NCBI GenBank assembly: GCA_951406725.2
Contig: OX597814.1
Location: forward strand, 110,608,001 to 110,672,000
DNA: 64,000 bases
Reading direction: 5' to 3'
Source of the DNA: Octopus vulgaris
Taxonomy: Eukaryota
The first letter of the stretch is position 1, and each line of letters opens with the position of its first letter. Below are positions 50,350 through 63,283 of the stretch, in pieces. Below the pieces are notes generated by a model. It was given only the letters and a program-made list of their open reading frames with translations. It made no database searches and was not told the origin of the DNA. Both the position numbers and the translations under genes were made by a program.

Positions 50350-52346
50350 ATAGTTATCGCCAAGTTAATATGGCAGTCCAGAAATATAGGACGAATGCTG
50401 TCGTTGATTAGCTCCAAGAGGTCATCGAACCTGTGTCCGTTATAACCTTCGAACAGGGGAGGTCAGGCATTTGCAGACTAGTTTCAGGGTATTTGCCCTT
50501 TATTAATGCAGAGCAGCCGAACCCAGCAGGTGTCGCTACTGACTGTCTGTTCGAAGGAATAATTACCTTGGAATACATCCACTGGTTTTCAAAAAGAGAA
50601 GTATTGATATTTCTAAGTCTCTCTAAAGGATAATTTCACACTTTGGCACAAGGCCAGTTATTTCAGGGGAGAGGGTAGGCAATTATGTTGACCCCAATGC
50701 TCAACTGGTATTTATTTTATCGTCCCTGAAAGCATAAAAGGTGAAGTGAACTGCAGTGGAATTTGAACTCAGAATACGAAGCGGGCAAAATACCATTAAG
50801 CATTTTGTCCGGTGTGCTAAAGATTTTTCCAGCTGGCCACCTTGATGATAATGATTAATATTATCATTTACACTTTTCAAAAATGTATCTGTGCAAAACT
50901 TCATCAAAAAGATACGCATCAGGAAACAAAGTCGATGATGTGGGAAGGCAGTCTGGTTATGCTTGTAGACCTTTAGGGATATGTAATACAGAGAGTCTGT
51001 GTCATCATCATCATTGTTGTATAACATCCGCTTTCCATGCTGGCATGGGTTGGACGGTTTGACTGAGGACTGGCAAGCCAGTGGGTTGCACTAGGCTCCA
51101 GTCTGATTTGGCAAGGTTTCTACAGCTGGATGCCCTTCCTTATGCCAACCACTCTGAGAGAGTAGCAGGTGCTTTTTACGTGCCACCAGTATGGGAGCCA
51201 GTCAGGTGGCACTGGCTATGACTACGCTTGAAAGGTGCTTTTTATGTGCCCCCAGCACAGGTGCCAGTCAAGCAGCACTGGCGTCGACCACACTCAAATG
51301 GTGCTTTTTACGTGTCACTGGCACAGAAGCCAGTCAAGTGGCACTGGCATCACGCCTTTTATTATACTTTTCGTTTATGGAAATTCATAGAGGTTCTTGC
51401 TCTGACAAAAAGGAAAAAAAATATTCTTTTTTAGCTCATCTTTTAGTAACTGGGCTAAGGCAAACCCACAACCCATTACAGGGCTTCTGAGACTAGTGAT
51501 AGGGAAGGAAGATGGTATCCTCAAACTGAGGAGCTGGCTCAAATGCTTGACAGATATTGATTAACCCTAGATCAACCCTGGTTAAGCAGACCTATGATCA
51601 TTTCTGCCATGGCTGTCCTACCTTTTAGTACATCCAAGATAACACTGGCCAATTGATCCGTCCGTCCTTTTTAAAGTTGGATTTGAATTTAGGAAATTTC
51701 ACTGTTATTTCTATGATAACAGGCATTGCAGCTCCCCCTTGTTGGTTCATCAATATTCAAGTGTTTACTGCTGGTTGGTTTGACTGTTTAACTGCAATTG
51801 AAAGTAGAGGAGTGTTAGTCTATTGTTTATTTTTTTCTAATTTATTTCCAATTGGGAAATAAAAATCTAGTCCAGTGGTTCTTAACCTGTTTTTTTTTTT
51901 TTTTGTAGCACCCCACTCCTTTAAGTTGTTATGCCTATCACCCAGCTAAGTGGTGAGTGAGGTATCATGACTAAATATCATCGTTATCATTATTTAGTGT
52001 CCGTTTTCCATGCTGGTATGGATCAGACAATTTGACTGGAACTGATAAGCTGAAGAGCTGTACTAGGCACCAGTCTGATTTGGCTTGGTCTCAACAGCTG
52101 GATGCCCTTCCTAATGCCAACCACTCCAAGCGTGTAGTGGGTGCCTTTTACATTGGATAGCATTATTTTGGATATAGTCTAGGATGTCTGAGTGGGTAAC
52201 AACAGTACCATCTTAGATGTGGGGGCAGAGTTCCATTGTGAGTCTGACAGGAGCTTTATAACGAGGTTAGTAATTGCTGGGTGAAGTGGGGGGCATTGAA
52301 ATATATTCTGACCCTGAAGAGATGCTGCCTGAGGATCCAATTAGGG

Positions 52347-53034
52347 CAGGGGTCACCAAACATTTTTCATGGTGGGCCAGATAACTGAGAGAATGACGAG
52401 TGCAGGCTGCATAACCATTTTGTTCAATGCAATATAGTGAATACACAAAAAATAAAGACAACCAAGGAAGGGCATCCAGCTGTAGAAACATTGCCAGATT
52501 AGACTGGAGCCTGGTGCAGCCTTCTGGCTTCCCAGAACCCCGGTCGAACCGTCCAACCCATGCTAGCATGGAGAACGGACGTTAAACGATGATGATGATG
52601 ATGATGATGAACATATTTATTTACCAAAATGTTATCAAAGGAGGCGACATTAGCAAAAAGATAGTTATATAACACCCAGTGTGCACATATCTGAATCTCA
52701 CAAACTAAGCAGCAAAAATGGTTTGTGAGATTTGTGAAACTGGTGTTTAGCTATTAAGATATCATCAATATTTGCTTTGGAATTGCTGCATTCAACCAAG
52801 AGAATTGCTTTCAAATGTTCATCAGTGAATCTTGTTTGATGTGCTGACTTCACATTCTTCGTTTTTGAAAATGTTTGCTGACAGATATGAGTTGTTCCAA
52901 ACACTGATGCCATACCAGAGGCAAATGAACTCTCCTTGCAGGTATTTACACGAAAGGTACAGTGCAGTGGTGGGCCGGATGAACTGTCCTCATGAGCTGA
53001 ATCTGGCCCACGGGCTCTTGTTTGGTGACTCCTG
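52347..53034 (-). mobile_element. Internally deleted hAT (Buster/SPIN-like) element with a transposase C-terminal remnant, interrupted by a SINE
   Basis: TIRs CAGGGGTCACCAAAC / GTTTGGTGACTCCTG; 8-bp TA-centred TSD aattaggg/agctaggg; ORF 52698-52913 FGTTHICQQTFS..RFTDEHL..HQFHKSH resembles the hAT dimerization domain. Confidence 0.8.
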
Positions 53035-53962
53035 AGCTAGGGTGACAGCCTGTGTTGGTTGACCATATGCATCATGGTCATGGCAGATGAGGAAGTATTT
53101 CACGGAGATGGAAACTTACTTGGACACTGCCTGGAGGGTTGTCTTGTAGGATCCAAGCAGATATCAACAAATGGTGGGCACAGCAATGCACTGCAATGAT
53201 TACAGGAGAGCTCACCGCCATCAACTCACCATGAAGAAAGTTCACTGAGAGGAAAATTTACCACACGTACGCACACACACACACAAACAAGGATACAAAC
53301 ATATGCGCACATAAGGATACACATCTTAGAAGAACAGAATGGAGTAGGTGGAGCAAGAACACACACAAAAACGAAAAGTATCGCTGAAGAGGTCACAGAT
53401 GTGTGACAAAAAATTTCTGGACAATGGACATGAGTTAAAAAAATAAAATAAGAAAAGGAATAAATGAGTGAAGAAAAAATGTATAGTGTGTAGGTTTATT
53501 TGGCAAAAAAAGAAAAAGAAAAGTGACCGTCCCAAAATACAGCAATATCCATAGTATCTCACCATTAATAGTTAAAGACTATTTTATTGAAAAAAAAAAT
53601 GAAAGTAATGGAGATCAAAACGTGCAATCAGGAACATTTCTTATGGGGAATTTTCCCTGCAGTGAACTGATGATGGTGAACTTACAGACATGCACTGCAG
53701 CGGTACAAGACCCCTTACCTGACCTGAAGAAGAAAATTAGTGTTTGTGTTACAGTCTTTGCTAAAATGTGTGTGTGTGTTTCCAGAAGAGAACCTTATTT
53801 ATGGTCAACTTATTTATGTAGCAACTTTGCGGGTTCTAGTTCCATGTTGGTACATTGTTCAGGTTTAAGGCGTTGGGGTATGATATTATTTTCTTGATAT
53901 GTGTAATGATTGGATCTTTGTACTGTTGAAAGTCATGTGATTTTTATCTCATTGATTTCTAG

Positions 53963-54027
53963 GTGTTCTACGTAGCTGTCAACCCATAAGGTTCTATGCA
54001 GCAAAACAGCACCAGAAATTGGCTCCT
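53963..54027 (+). CDS. BOLA1: BolA-like exon 2, mitochondrial presequence-like: VLRSCQPIRFYAAKQHQKLAP
   Basis: atttctag|GT..CCT|gtaagt; basic with no acidic residues; joins in frame to give APVESKI (cf. BOLA1 GPVEAAI). Confidence 0.75.
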
Positions 54028-55244
54028 GTAAGTTCATCACTTTTTCTTGGAAAACTATTAAAAATGATAATTTTTTTAGATATTATTTATTTTTACAAAC
54101 ATTTCATTAATTTCTGGATAAACATCAGCTTCTTGTTATATCAAGAGCCCTTCCTTAATCTATCCTCCACCTCTACCTCCTAACATTTTGTGGGGGTGCA
54201 CTTTGAACATCCTGAAAAACTGAAAAACTTCATTGTCAAAACAAATGAGTGTAGAGATATTTCTAAAATGATTTGAAATATTATTTGTCCATTATTAGAT
54301 TTATCCTTAGCGGTATTTCGTCTGTCTTTACATTCTGAGTTCAAATTTTGCTGAGGTGGACTTTGTCTTTCATCCTTTCGAGGTCGACAAATTAAGTACC
54401 AGTTGCGTACTGGGGTCGATCTAATTGACTGGCCCCCTCCCCAAAAATTTTGGGCCTTGTGCCCAGAGTAGAAAAGAATATTTGGTTTCAATCTGCCAAG
54501 GTCGACTTTGCCGTTCATCCTTTCAGGATTGATAAATTAAGTACCAGTTGCATACTGGGGTCAATCTAATTGGCTGGCCCCCTCCCCACAAATTTGTGCC
54601 TTGTGCCTAGAATAGAAAAGATTATTGGATTTATCTGATTTTATTGATGTACAAATATATTAATAATAATTATTATTATATCCATGTTTTGATATTAAGA
54701 CTGAAAAAAATCGACCCAGTTTGTAAAAAATTTTGGATCTGGGTTTGCACCCCTGAAGCAAATTTCATTCCTGCACTTATGACTGAACCTGCTTAAAATC
54801 AAGCAGTCAATACTTGCAAGATAGACAGAATTACAGAGGGAGGATTTCTGGGGAGGAAAGACGAAGTTCAAATCTTGCTGAGGTCAAATTTGCATTTAAC
54901 TCCTCCAGGGTTGATAAAATAAATATCAGTTGAACATTGGAGTCGATGGTTTTAACTAATCCCTTCCCATCAAAATTACTAGCTTTGTACCAAAATTAGA
55001 AATAATTATTCTTATTATTGGCAGAAACAGTAGAACACTGGATAAAATGCCTTGTGGTGTTTATTCCAGCACTTTGTGTTCTGAGCTCAAATCCCACTAA
55101 AATAAACTTTGCTTTTCATCATTTGGGGTTCAACAGAATAAAATACCAGTCAAGTACTGGAGTAAATAGTACTGACCCCTCAAAATTGCTAGCCTTCAGC
55201 CAAATTTGAAACTGTTATTATCATCATCATCATTATTATTAACG

Positions 55245-55700
55245 TGGTGAGCTGGCAGAATTGTTAGCACACTGGACATAATGCTTAGAGGTATTTCATC
55301 TGTCTACACTTTCTGGGTTCAAATTCCACCGAGGTCAACTTTGCCTTTCATCCTTTTAGAGATCAATAAATTAAGTACTTGTTGAACACTGGGGTCGATG
55401 TAATTGAAGAGCACCCCCAACACCCAAAATTCCTGGCCTTGTGCCTAATTTTGAAACCATTATTATTATTATTATTAAGGTGATAAGCTGGGAGAATTGT
55501 TAGCAGATGAGGCTAAATGTTTCATGGCATTTCATCCATCTTTACATTCTGAGTTCAAATTCCTTTGAGTTTGACTTTGCCTTTCATCCTTTCAGGGTCA
55601 TCATCATCATCATCATCAAAACCAGTCGAGTGCTGGGATCAATGTAATCGACCTTACTCCCTCACGCGAAATTGCTGGCCTTGTGCCAAAATTTGAAACC
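55245..55700 (+). mobile_element. Two tandem tRNA-derived SINEs (ggtgagctggcagaa.. family); more than 12 other copies, e.g. 2775-2960, 27805-28215, 54305-54625
   Basis: A-box-like tggcagaattgttag; B-box gttcaaattcc; shared gactttgcctttcatccttt core. Confidence 0.8.
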
Positions 55701-56153
55701 ATTATTGTTATTATTATTATTATTATCAAATTCGATGACTGGCATCCGTGCTAGTGGAGCGCTAAGAGCACCATCCGAGCATGATCGTTGCCAGAGCAGC
55801 TAATTGTCTTCCATGCCAGTATACGTAGAAGACACCATTCGAGTGTGATTGTTGCCAGTGCCGCCTGACTGGCCCTTGTGTTGGTGGAACGTAAAAGCAC
55901 CCACTACACTCTCTGAGTGGTTGGTGTTAGGAAGGGCATCCAGCTGTAGAAACTCTGCCAGATCAAGATTGGAGCCTGGTGCAACCTTCTGGCTTGCCAG
56001 TCCTCAGTCAAATCGTCCAACCTATGCTAGCATGGAAAGCAGACGTTAAACAATGATGATGATTGTTATTGTTATTAGTAGTTCTGTCTTGAAAATTTTA
56101 TTTTTGTTTCTAAACGACTTTTTTTTTATCATTACTTATTTCTTTTATTTTAG

Positions 56154-56195
56154 GTTGAGAGCAAAATCCTAGAAAAACTAGAGAAATACTTCAAG
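56154..56195 (+). CDS. BOLA1: BolA-like exon 3: VESKILEKLEKYFK
   Basis: ttttag|..AAG|gtttgt; corresponds to BolA helix 1 (E. coli IEEKLRAAFQ). Confidence 0.85.
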
Positions 56196-56267
56196 GTTTG
56201 TAAAACAATTTTGAGGACTTTATCTTACCTCTGAAATAGAATAGGGAGAAAGAAGTCTAAAACTACT

Positions 56268-56630
56268 ATCGAGTAAAGATTATTTGCCAACATAACATGG
56301 CAGTCCTGGTTTAGGACAAATGTTGCTGTAATTTAGCCCCAGGAGACATCATCTCCAGCTGGTCTATATGACACAATCTGTGTCCTTATATTTTATAACA
56401 AGGGAATCTAGTACCCCCACTCAGCTCAAAACAATATCTGTGTATCACGATTTCCAGGTTATTACACAGATATTGTTTTGAGCTGAGTGGGGGTACTAGA
56501 TTCCCTTGTTCACAAATATAAGGTTATAGATTGTATCGTATAGCCAACATATGTTATGTTGGCAAATAATCTTTACTCCAAAGTAGTGTTGCTGAATATC
56601 TCTCATTGTAAGATTTACAAATAGTAATTT
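56268..56630. mobile_element. Palindromic PLE-type element, family 2, copy 3
   Basis: Inverted arms; 12-bp TSD-like pair tctaaaactact (56256-56267) and tctagaactact (56631-56642). Confidence 0.7.
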
Positions 56631-57686
56631 TCTAGAACTACTTTGTTTTCAGGATTTCAAGATGTACATTGGAGAGATCCAGTGTGATTGTGTTCATTTT
56701 AAAAGTTTCAGGAGTTACATCTTGTGAGTGAAGAATTTGTAAATTGGTTCTGGCTCTGTACTTTGTCTTCAGGCAAACATTAACATCATCTTGTCTCAAT
56801 CTATTTTGTTTCATTCATTAGTCAGAGGAAGTGATTGGCTCTCACAGATATATTGGATTCTCCTCAGAGGAAATGTTAATTGTTGGTGAGTAAATATAGG
56901 TCAGTAAGGAGAAGAGAGTTTTAAGAGATATATAGTCATGGGGTGGAAGGATTGGCATTCAGATTACTGTCAATTGCAATGCTTGAGATATGCTGTGACT
57001 GTGAAGACCTGACAAATGAAGTGAGTTCATGGCTCGCAGGACGGCCTGCTGTGCTAACCTTGGATCGTAGAGTGACCCACTGTGCTTGAGGAGACTTATT
57101 GAGTCAAGTACGTCAACATGAACATCAAAATAAGAATCAAATGGAAATTGTAGTTAAGATACCTGTGCCGGTGGCACGTAAAAAGCAATGTCTGAATGTG
57201 GCAGATGCCATCGCCGCCTGACTGGCGTCCGTGTCGGTGACATGTAAAAGTACCAACCGATCGTGGCCGTTTGTCAGCCTCCTCTGGCCCCTGTGCTGGT
57301 GGCACATAAAAAACACCCTCTACACTCACGGAGTGGCTGGCATTAGGAAGGGCATCCAGCTGTAGAAACACTGCCAGATCAGACTGGAGCCTGGTGCAGC
57401 CTTCTGGCTTCCCAGACCCTGGTCGAACCGTCCAACCCATGCTAGCATGGAAAACGGACGTTAAACGATGATGATGTTGTTTTGAATTAAACATGTATGA
57501 CATTGTTGCTCCAAGACTTTGATGATGTGATTGTTTATTTGTAGAATAATACTGTAGGGTGGTATGAGAGGCCTCTCTCTAATATAAAACAGACAGAATA
57601 TTTGAAGAGGATATGGCTGGTTTAAATGCTAAATTTTCTTTGTCTGATTAACTTTATATGATGTTGTCTCTTTTCTTGCTTTCTAG

Positions 57687-57738
57687 CCTCAACACTTACA
57701 AGTTGTAAACGAAAGTTATATGCACAATGTACCTAAAG
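57687..57738 (+). CDS. BOLA1: BolA-like exon 4: PQHLQVVNESYMHNVPK(G); remaining exons probably beyond the window
   Basis: ttctag|..G|gtaaat; BolA signature LxVxNESxxHNVPxG. Confidence 0.92.
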
Positions 57739-58491
57739 GTAAATATTCTCCCTCTCCTTGTCACCCTTTCATCATGCTGCATTACTTGCTTTAACTATAT
57801 TCATTCATTCATTCATATTACATCTGTTTTTTCATGCTACTTTTCTCATGTATTTTATTAGTGCCACCTGGCTGGCTCCCATGTAGGTGGCACTTAAAAA
57901 GTACCATTCAAGCATGGTTCTTGCCAGTACCGCCTGACTGGCCCCTGTGCTGGTGGCATGAAAAAAGCACCCACCACACCTTCAGAGTGGTTGGCATTAG
58001 GAAGGGCATCCAGCTGTAGAAACCTTGCCAAATCAGAATGGAGGCTGGTGCAGCCACCTGGCTTGCCAGCCCTCAGTCAAATCGTCCAACCCTTGCTAAC
58101 ATGGAAAGCAGACGTTAAACGATGATGATGAACTACTAGAACCTTCCCCGAGTAATGAAAAACCTTCCTGCCAAATTTGGTACAGATTGATCCAGTGGTT
58201 TGGCTGTGCATAGAGGACACGCACGCACACACACACACACACACACACAGTGAATTTTTGTATTTGTTGTGTGGTTGAGAAGTTTACTTCCTAACCATGG
58301 CATTTCAGGTTCAGTCCCACTGCATGACATCTTGGACAAGTGTCTTTGTCTCTAGCCCTGGACTAACCAAAGCCTTGTGGGTTGATCTGGTAGATGGAAA
58401 CTGAAAGAAGCCTCATATATATCATCATCAACATTTAACATACGTTTTCTATGCTGGCATGGGTTGGACGGTTTGATAAGTGATGGCAAAA

Positions 58492-58538
<47 letters not shown>

Positions 58539-58560
58539 AAAGAGAGAGAGAGAGAAGGGG

Positions 58561-58760
58561 AGAAAGAGATAAGATGAAATACACAGAAGATTTGTTTTAC
58601 AGGATTTAAGGGTATATTAGAGCCATGATAATAAAGATATTACACAATTTTAACAAAACCTTATTTTGTACAAAATTGTGTAATATCTTTATCATGGCTC
58701 TAATATACTCTTAAATCATTTAAAACAAATCTTCTGTGTATTTCATCTTATCTCTTTCTC
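58561..58760. repeat. Palindromic insertion with about 90-nt arms
   Basis: agaaagagataagatgaaatacacagaagatttgtttta..taaaacaaatcttctgtgtatttcatcttatctctttct. Confidence 0.8.
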
Positions 58761-58809
58761 TATTTATACCCACCACATGTGTTTCCTCACTAAACTATTT
58801 TCTACCCTT

Positions 58810-58845
<36 letters not shown>

Positions 58846-58906
58846 TACATACTTAAATTTAGAACGATGAAATGAATGTTCAACACAGCATTGGTGGATA
58901 AATAAT

Positions 58907-59206
58907 TTCTTTATTTGTGAATTAAGGCTACCATTGGTTTCATGTTAAGAAGATTAGGAAAATATCCAAGTATCTTAACAATTTTTCAAGCCAATCATAT
59001 GGAGAAAGGTGTTTGCTTCCATTTTGGAGAACAATCTCGTTTCATTCACAGGATTTCTCATAAATTTGCATGATTAAAACGAGAATGTTTTCCAAAACGG
59101 CAGCGAACACCTTTCTCCATGTGATCAGTTTGAAAAATTAAGATACTTGGATATTTTCCTACACTTAACATGAAACCAATGGTAGCTTTAATTCACAAAT
59201 AAAGAA
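58907..59206. repeat. Palindromic insertion with about 135-nt arms
   Basis: ttctttatttgtgaattaaggctaccattggtttcatgttaag..cttaacatgaaaccaatggtagctttaattcacaaataaagaa. Confidence 0.8.
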
Positions 59207-59393
59207 TATATACTCTTTACTCTTTTACTTGTTTTAGTCATTTGACTGTGGCCATGCTGGAGCACCGCCTTTAGTTGAACATATCAACCCCAGGACTTAT
59301 TTGTAAGCCTAGTACTTATTCTATCGGTCTCTTTTGCCAACCAGCATCGGTTGTCAAGCGATATTAGGGGGATAAACACACACACACAAACAC

Positions 59394-59441
<48 letters not shown>

Positions 59442-60467
59442 GCACATATATACGACGGGCTTCTTTCAGCTTCCGTCTACCAAATCCACTCACAATGCTT
59501 TGGTCGGCTTGAGGCTATAGTAGAAGACACTTGCTCAAGGTGTCACGCAGTGGGACTGAACCTGGAACCATGTGGTTGGTAAGCAAGCTACTTACCACAC
59601 AGCCACTCCTGCGCCTATATATGTATGTATTTATATAAATTAAGTAGAAAATGGAGAAATCTTGATCAACAACAATTGGCTAACACCGATTATTATTTTT
59701 TAATACAAAACTTTATCCCATCTAACAGTTATTTCTGCTTCCAATGTCCTACGGTGTTGCCATTGAAAATTCTGAGAATAATATTCGTCATATTTTGTAA
59801 CACATCCGATCTGGAACAGGCACATGTATGCCCAGGGTTAATATAGGTAATTATACCGGTAGTAAAAACGGATATTTTTATCCCTTAGATGATTATTCCA
59901 ACCTCTAAATCTACTAACCTATATATATATATATATATATATATGCATGTGTGTGTTATTGACATCATCATGTGATACTTATAAATGGGCATCATTGTCT
60001 GTCATATAAACATTTCCAATCTTCCATGGAAATATGGAAACCTAAGGAAACAGGTGTGAGTTGGTGGCGGCTTGCCATAAATGCTACGTGACCCGTTTAA
60101 GCATGGTGAAGTGGATAATGACAATGATAGACGGAACTGCATTGCACATTTCGTAGCTTCCCATGTTTCCACAGAAAATTTGAAACAAAGGCACACATTT
60201 ACCTCTGTGATGTTAATAGAAAAACACGAACATACACACACACGCTACCATGTACAACACACATAAACACATTATGCATATAAAGGGATTCTTTCAGTAT
60301 CCATCTACCATATCAACTCATTCTGGGGCCATAGTAGAAGACACTTCCCCAAGGTGACATGCAACGAACTCAAAGCAATCTGATTAAGAAGTAAACTTCT
60401 TAAGCACACAACCATACCTGCACCTACAAAATGTTATTAAAAAATATATATATATACTATATATACT

Positions 60468-60855
60468 AGGTGTAGGAGTGGCTGTGTGGTAAGTAGCTTG
60501 CTTACCAACCACATGGTTCTGGGTTCAGTCCTACTGCGTGGCATCTTGGGCAAGTGTCTTCTACTATAGCCTTGGGCTGACCAAAGCCTTGTGAGTAGAT
60601 TTGGTAGACGGAAACTGAAAGAAGCCCGTCGTATATATGTATGTATGTATATGTTTGTGTGTCTGTGTTTGTCCCCTCAACATCGATTGACAACTGATGC
60701 TGGTGTTTAAGTCCCCATAACTTATCATTTCGGCAAAAGTGACCGATAGAATAAGTTCTAGGCTTACAAAGAATAAGTCCTGGGGTCGATTTGTTTGACT
60801 AAAGGCGGTGCTCCAGCATGGCCACAGTCACATGACTGAAACAAGTAAAAGAGTA
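60468..60855 (+). mobile_element. tRNA-derived SINE with an internal microsatellite; other copies at 445-610, 38715-39065, 59210-59615
   Basis: gtggctgtgtggtaag..ggttcagtcc..gcaagtgtcttctactatagcc..ggtagacggaaactgaaagaagcccgtcg. Confidence 0.8.
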
Positions 60856-62417
60856 CACATGGTTCCAGGTTCGGTCCCTCTTGGGAGGTTATTTTCTACT
60901 ATAGCCTTGAGCTGACCAAAGCCTTGTGAGTAGATTTGGTAGACCGGAAATGAAAGAAGCCCATCATATGTGTGTGTGTGTGTGTCTCCCACCACCGCTT
61001 GTCGACCGGTGTTGGTGTATTTATGTCTCTGTAACTTAGAAGTTCAGCAAAAAGGACTGATAGGATAAGTTCCAGGCTTTAAAAGATAAGCACTGGGCTC
61101 GCTTCATTCGACTAAAAATTCTTCGAGGTGGTACCCCAGCATGACTGAAACATGTAAAAGATAAATGATTGAACAATTCCATCAATCCACTGCCCCAGAC
61201 TATTTCCCTTCTTTCTTGACTTCAGAAGAATAAAAGGCAAAACACCAATTGACCGTAGTGGAATTCGAACTTAGAATATAAAGAGGTGGAGCAAACATCC
61301 CATAGCCTTAGACTTCAACAACTCGACCACGTCGCTAACCTCGTTAGATCTCATCTGATAACTCAATTTGTTTTTGGTACGCTTTGCAAAGTTCTTGAAG
61401 TGAAGTCGCGTGTTGAAACCTGTTGTTGTATTTTGGGAGGGATATTTTGCAACGCAACCGCTCTGTTTCTTTTTTCTTTATTACTATTATTTGTAAACTA
61501 ATTAATTAATCGATTGCTTGACCAATCATTTAAACGGTCAGTTGGTTTGTCAATCCTTTCTTTTCTGTTCACGACTTCATCAATGACCTTTCTTCTTCTG
61601 TTCGTTATTATTACCTCCCTTATAAGACTTGTTCTCTCCCTTCCACATATCTTGTTTTGTGGAATTTCAGTAACACTCCTGTTAAATAAACTGGGTCTCT
61701 TAAACGTAAAAAAGTTCTTATGTAAATATCACCTATTATAACATAGCTAGATTTTCTAAAATATCTAACTTCATCCTTCAAAAATTACACGCTCCTGACG
61801 TGCCTATATTCACGCATCATTTTTAATGTTCACTTTTCTGTACACAAAGTACCATGAAATCCTTTCTCAACTTTTCTTGCTGTCTTCCTCTACATTTCGC
61901 CCGTCTTTGTGTTCTGATCTCAAATTCTGCTGAGATCGATATTCCCTTTCTTCCTTTCGGTGTCGACAAAATAATTGCCAATCAAGTACTGGAGTCAATT
62001 TAATCGACTTCCCCTCCCCACAGAAACTGTTGGCCTTTGCTAAAATTTAAAACCGTTATTGCGAAGAGGGCGAGCTGGCAAAATCGGTATTTCGTCCTTC
62101 TTGCCTTTCATCCTTTTGGGGTCGATAAAATATGTACCAGTTGAACACTGGGGTCGATGTAATCGACTCATCCCATAATGGCCTTGTATCAAAATTTGAA
62201 ACCATTAATTATTATTGCGAAGGCGGCTAGCTGGCAGAATCGTTAGCATGCTAGATAAGATACTTAGCAGCATTTCGCCTTTTACGTTCCGCCGAGGTCG
62301 ACTTTACCTTTCTTCCTTTCATAAATATCAGATGAGCACTGGGGTCGATCGACTGATCCCCACCACCACCACCTTCAGAAAATTTCAGGCCTCGTGTTTT
62401 TAGTAGAAATTATTATT

Positions 62418-63283
62418 GGTACATTTTGGTTATCTCACCTCATTAAAATAATTGGGTTACCTCCCACCGTTTTATGAGAAATGCCGGTACTTTTGGTTAT
62501 CTCCCTTAACTAGGAAAATTATTTAACCCTTATTAAAACAAAAAAGCGAAAATGAAAAGATGAAACATCTTATTGAATCTGATATTTTTATAACAAATCA
62601 TACAAAACTAAAAAGATTAATAAACATGAAAACTGAAAAAATTAAACATCTTACTGAATCCGATAACATTTTTATAATAAATCAGACCATGCCTATTGAG
62701 GAAGCCAAACGTCAAAAATGTGCTGAAGTATTAAACCTATTTCTTCACTACCCACAAAGGGCTACACACAAAGGGGACAAAGAAGGCCAGACAAAGGGAT
62801 TAAGTCGATTACATCGACCCCAGTGCGTAACTGGTACTTATTTAAACGACCCCGAAAAGATGAAAAGCAAAGTCGTCCTCAGCATAATTTGAACTCAGAA
62901 CGTTAAAGACAGACGAAATACCTATTTCTTTACTAACCACAAGGGGCTAAACACAGAGAGGACAAACAAGAATAGACAAACGGATTAAGTCGATTACATC
63001 GATCCCCAGTGCGTAACTGGTACTTATTTAATCGACCCCGAAAGGATGAAAGGCAAAGTCGACCTCGGCGGAATTTGAACTCAGAACGTAACGGCAGACG
63101 AAATACGGCTACGCATTTCGCCCGGCGTGCTAACGTTTCTGCCAGCTCGTCGCCTTGCAGTATTAAATCAAAAGGATTTCATCCAATCTCTTGTCGCCAC
63201 ATAAACTCATTTTTTTAGTGGGAGATAACCCAGTTTTTTAATGGCAATTTTTTAATGGGGGTGAGATAACCAAAAAGTGGCGG
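62418..63283. mobile_element. TIR element with a 9-bp TSD, containing nested young SINE copies (about 62733-63156, -)
   Basis: ttttggttatctcacc..ggtgagataaccaaaaag inverted ends; ATTATTATT on both flanks. Confidence 0.6.

Noticed and set aside
57687-57738. Horizontal transfer of bacterial bolA
   Set aside because: The motif is broadly conserved in eukaryotic BOLA1, and the gene has spliceosomal introns and a presequence.
61360-61730. Minus-strand purine-rich, nearly open frame (about 70 aa, TAG, about 45 aa)
   Set aside because: Interrupted by stops, with no start or in-frame splice site and no recognisable domain.
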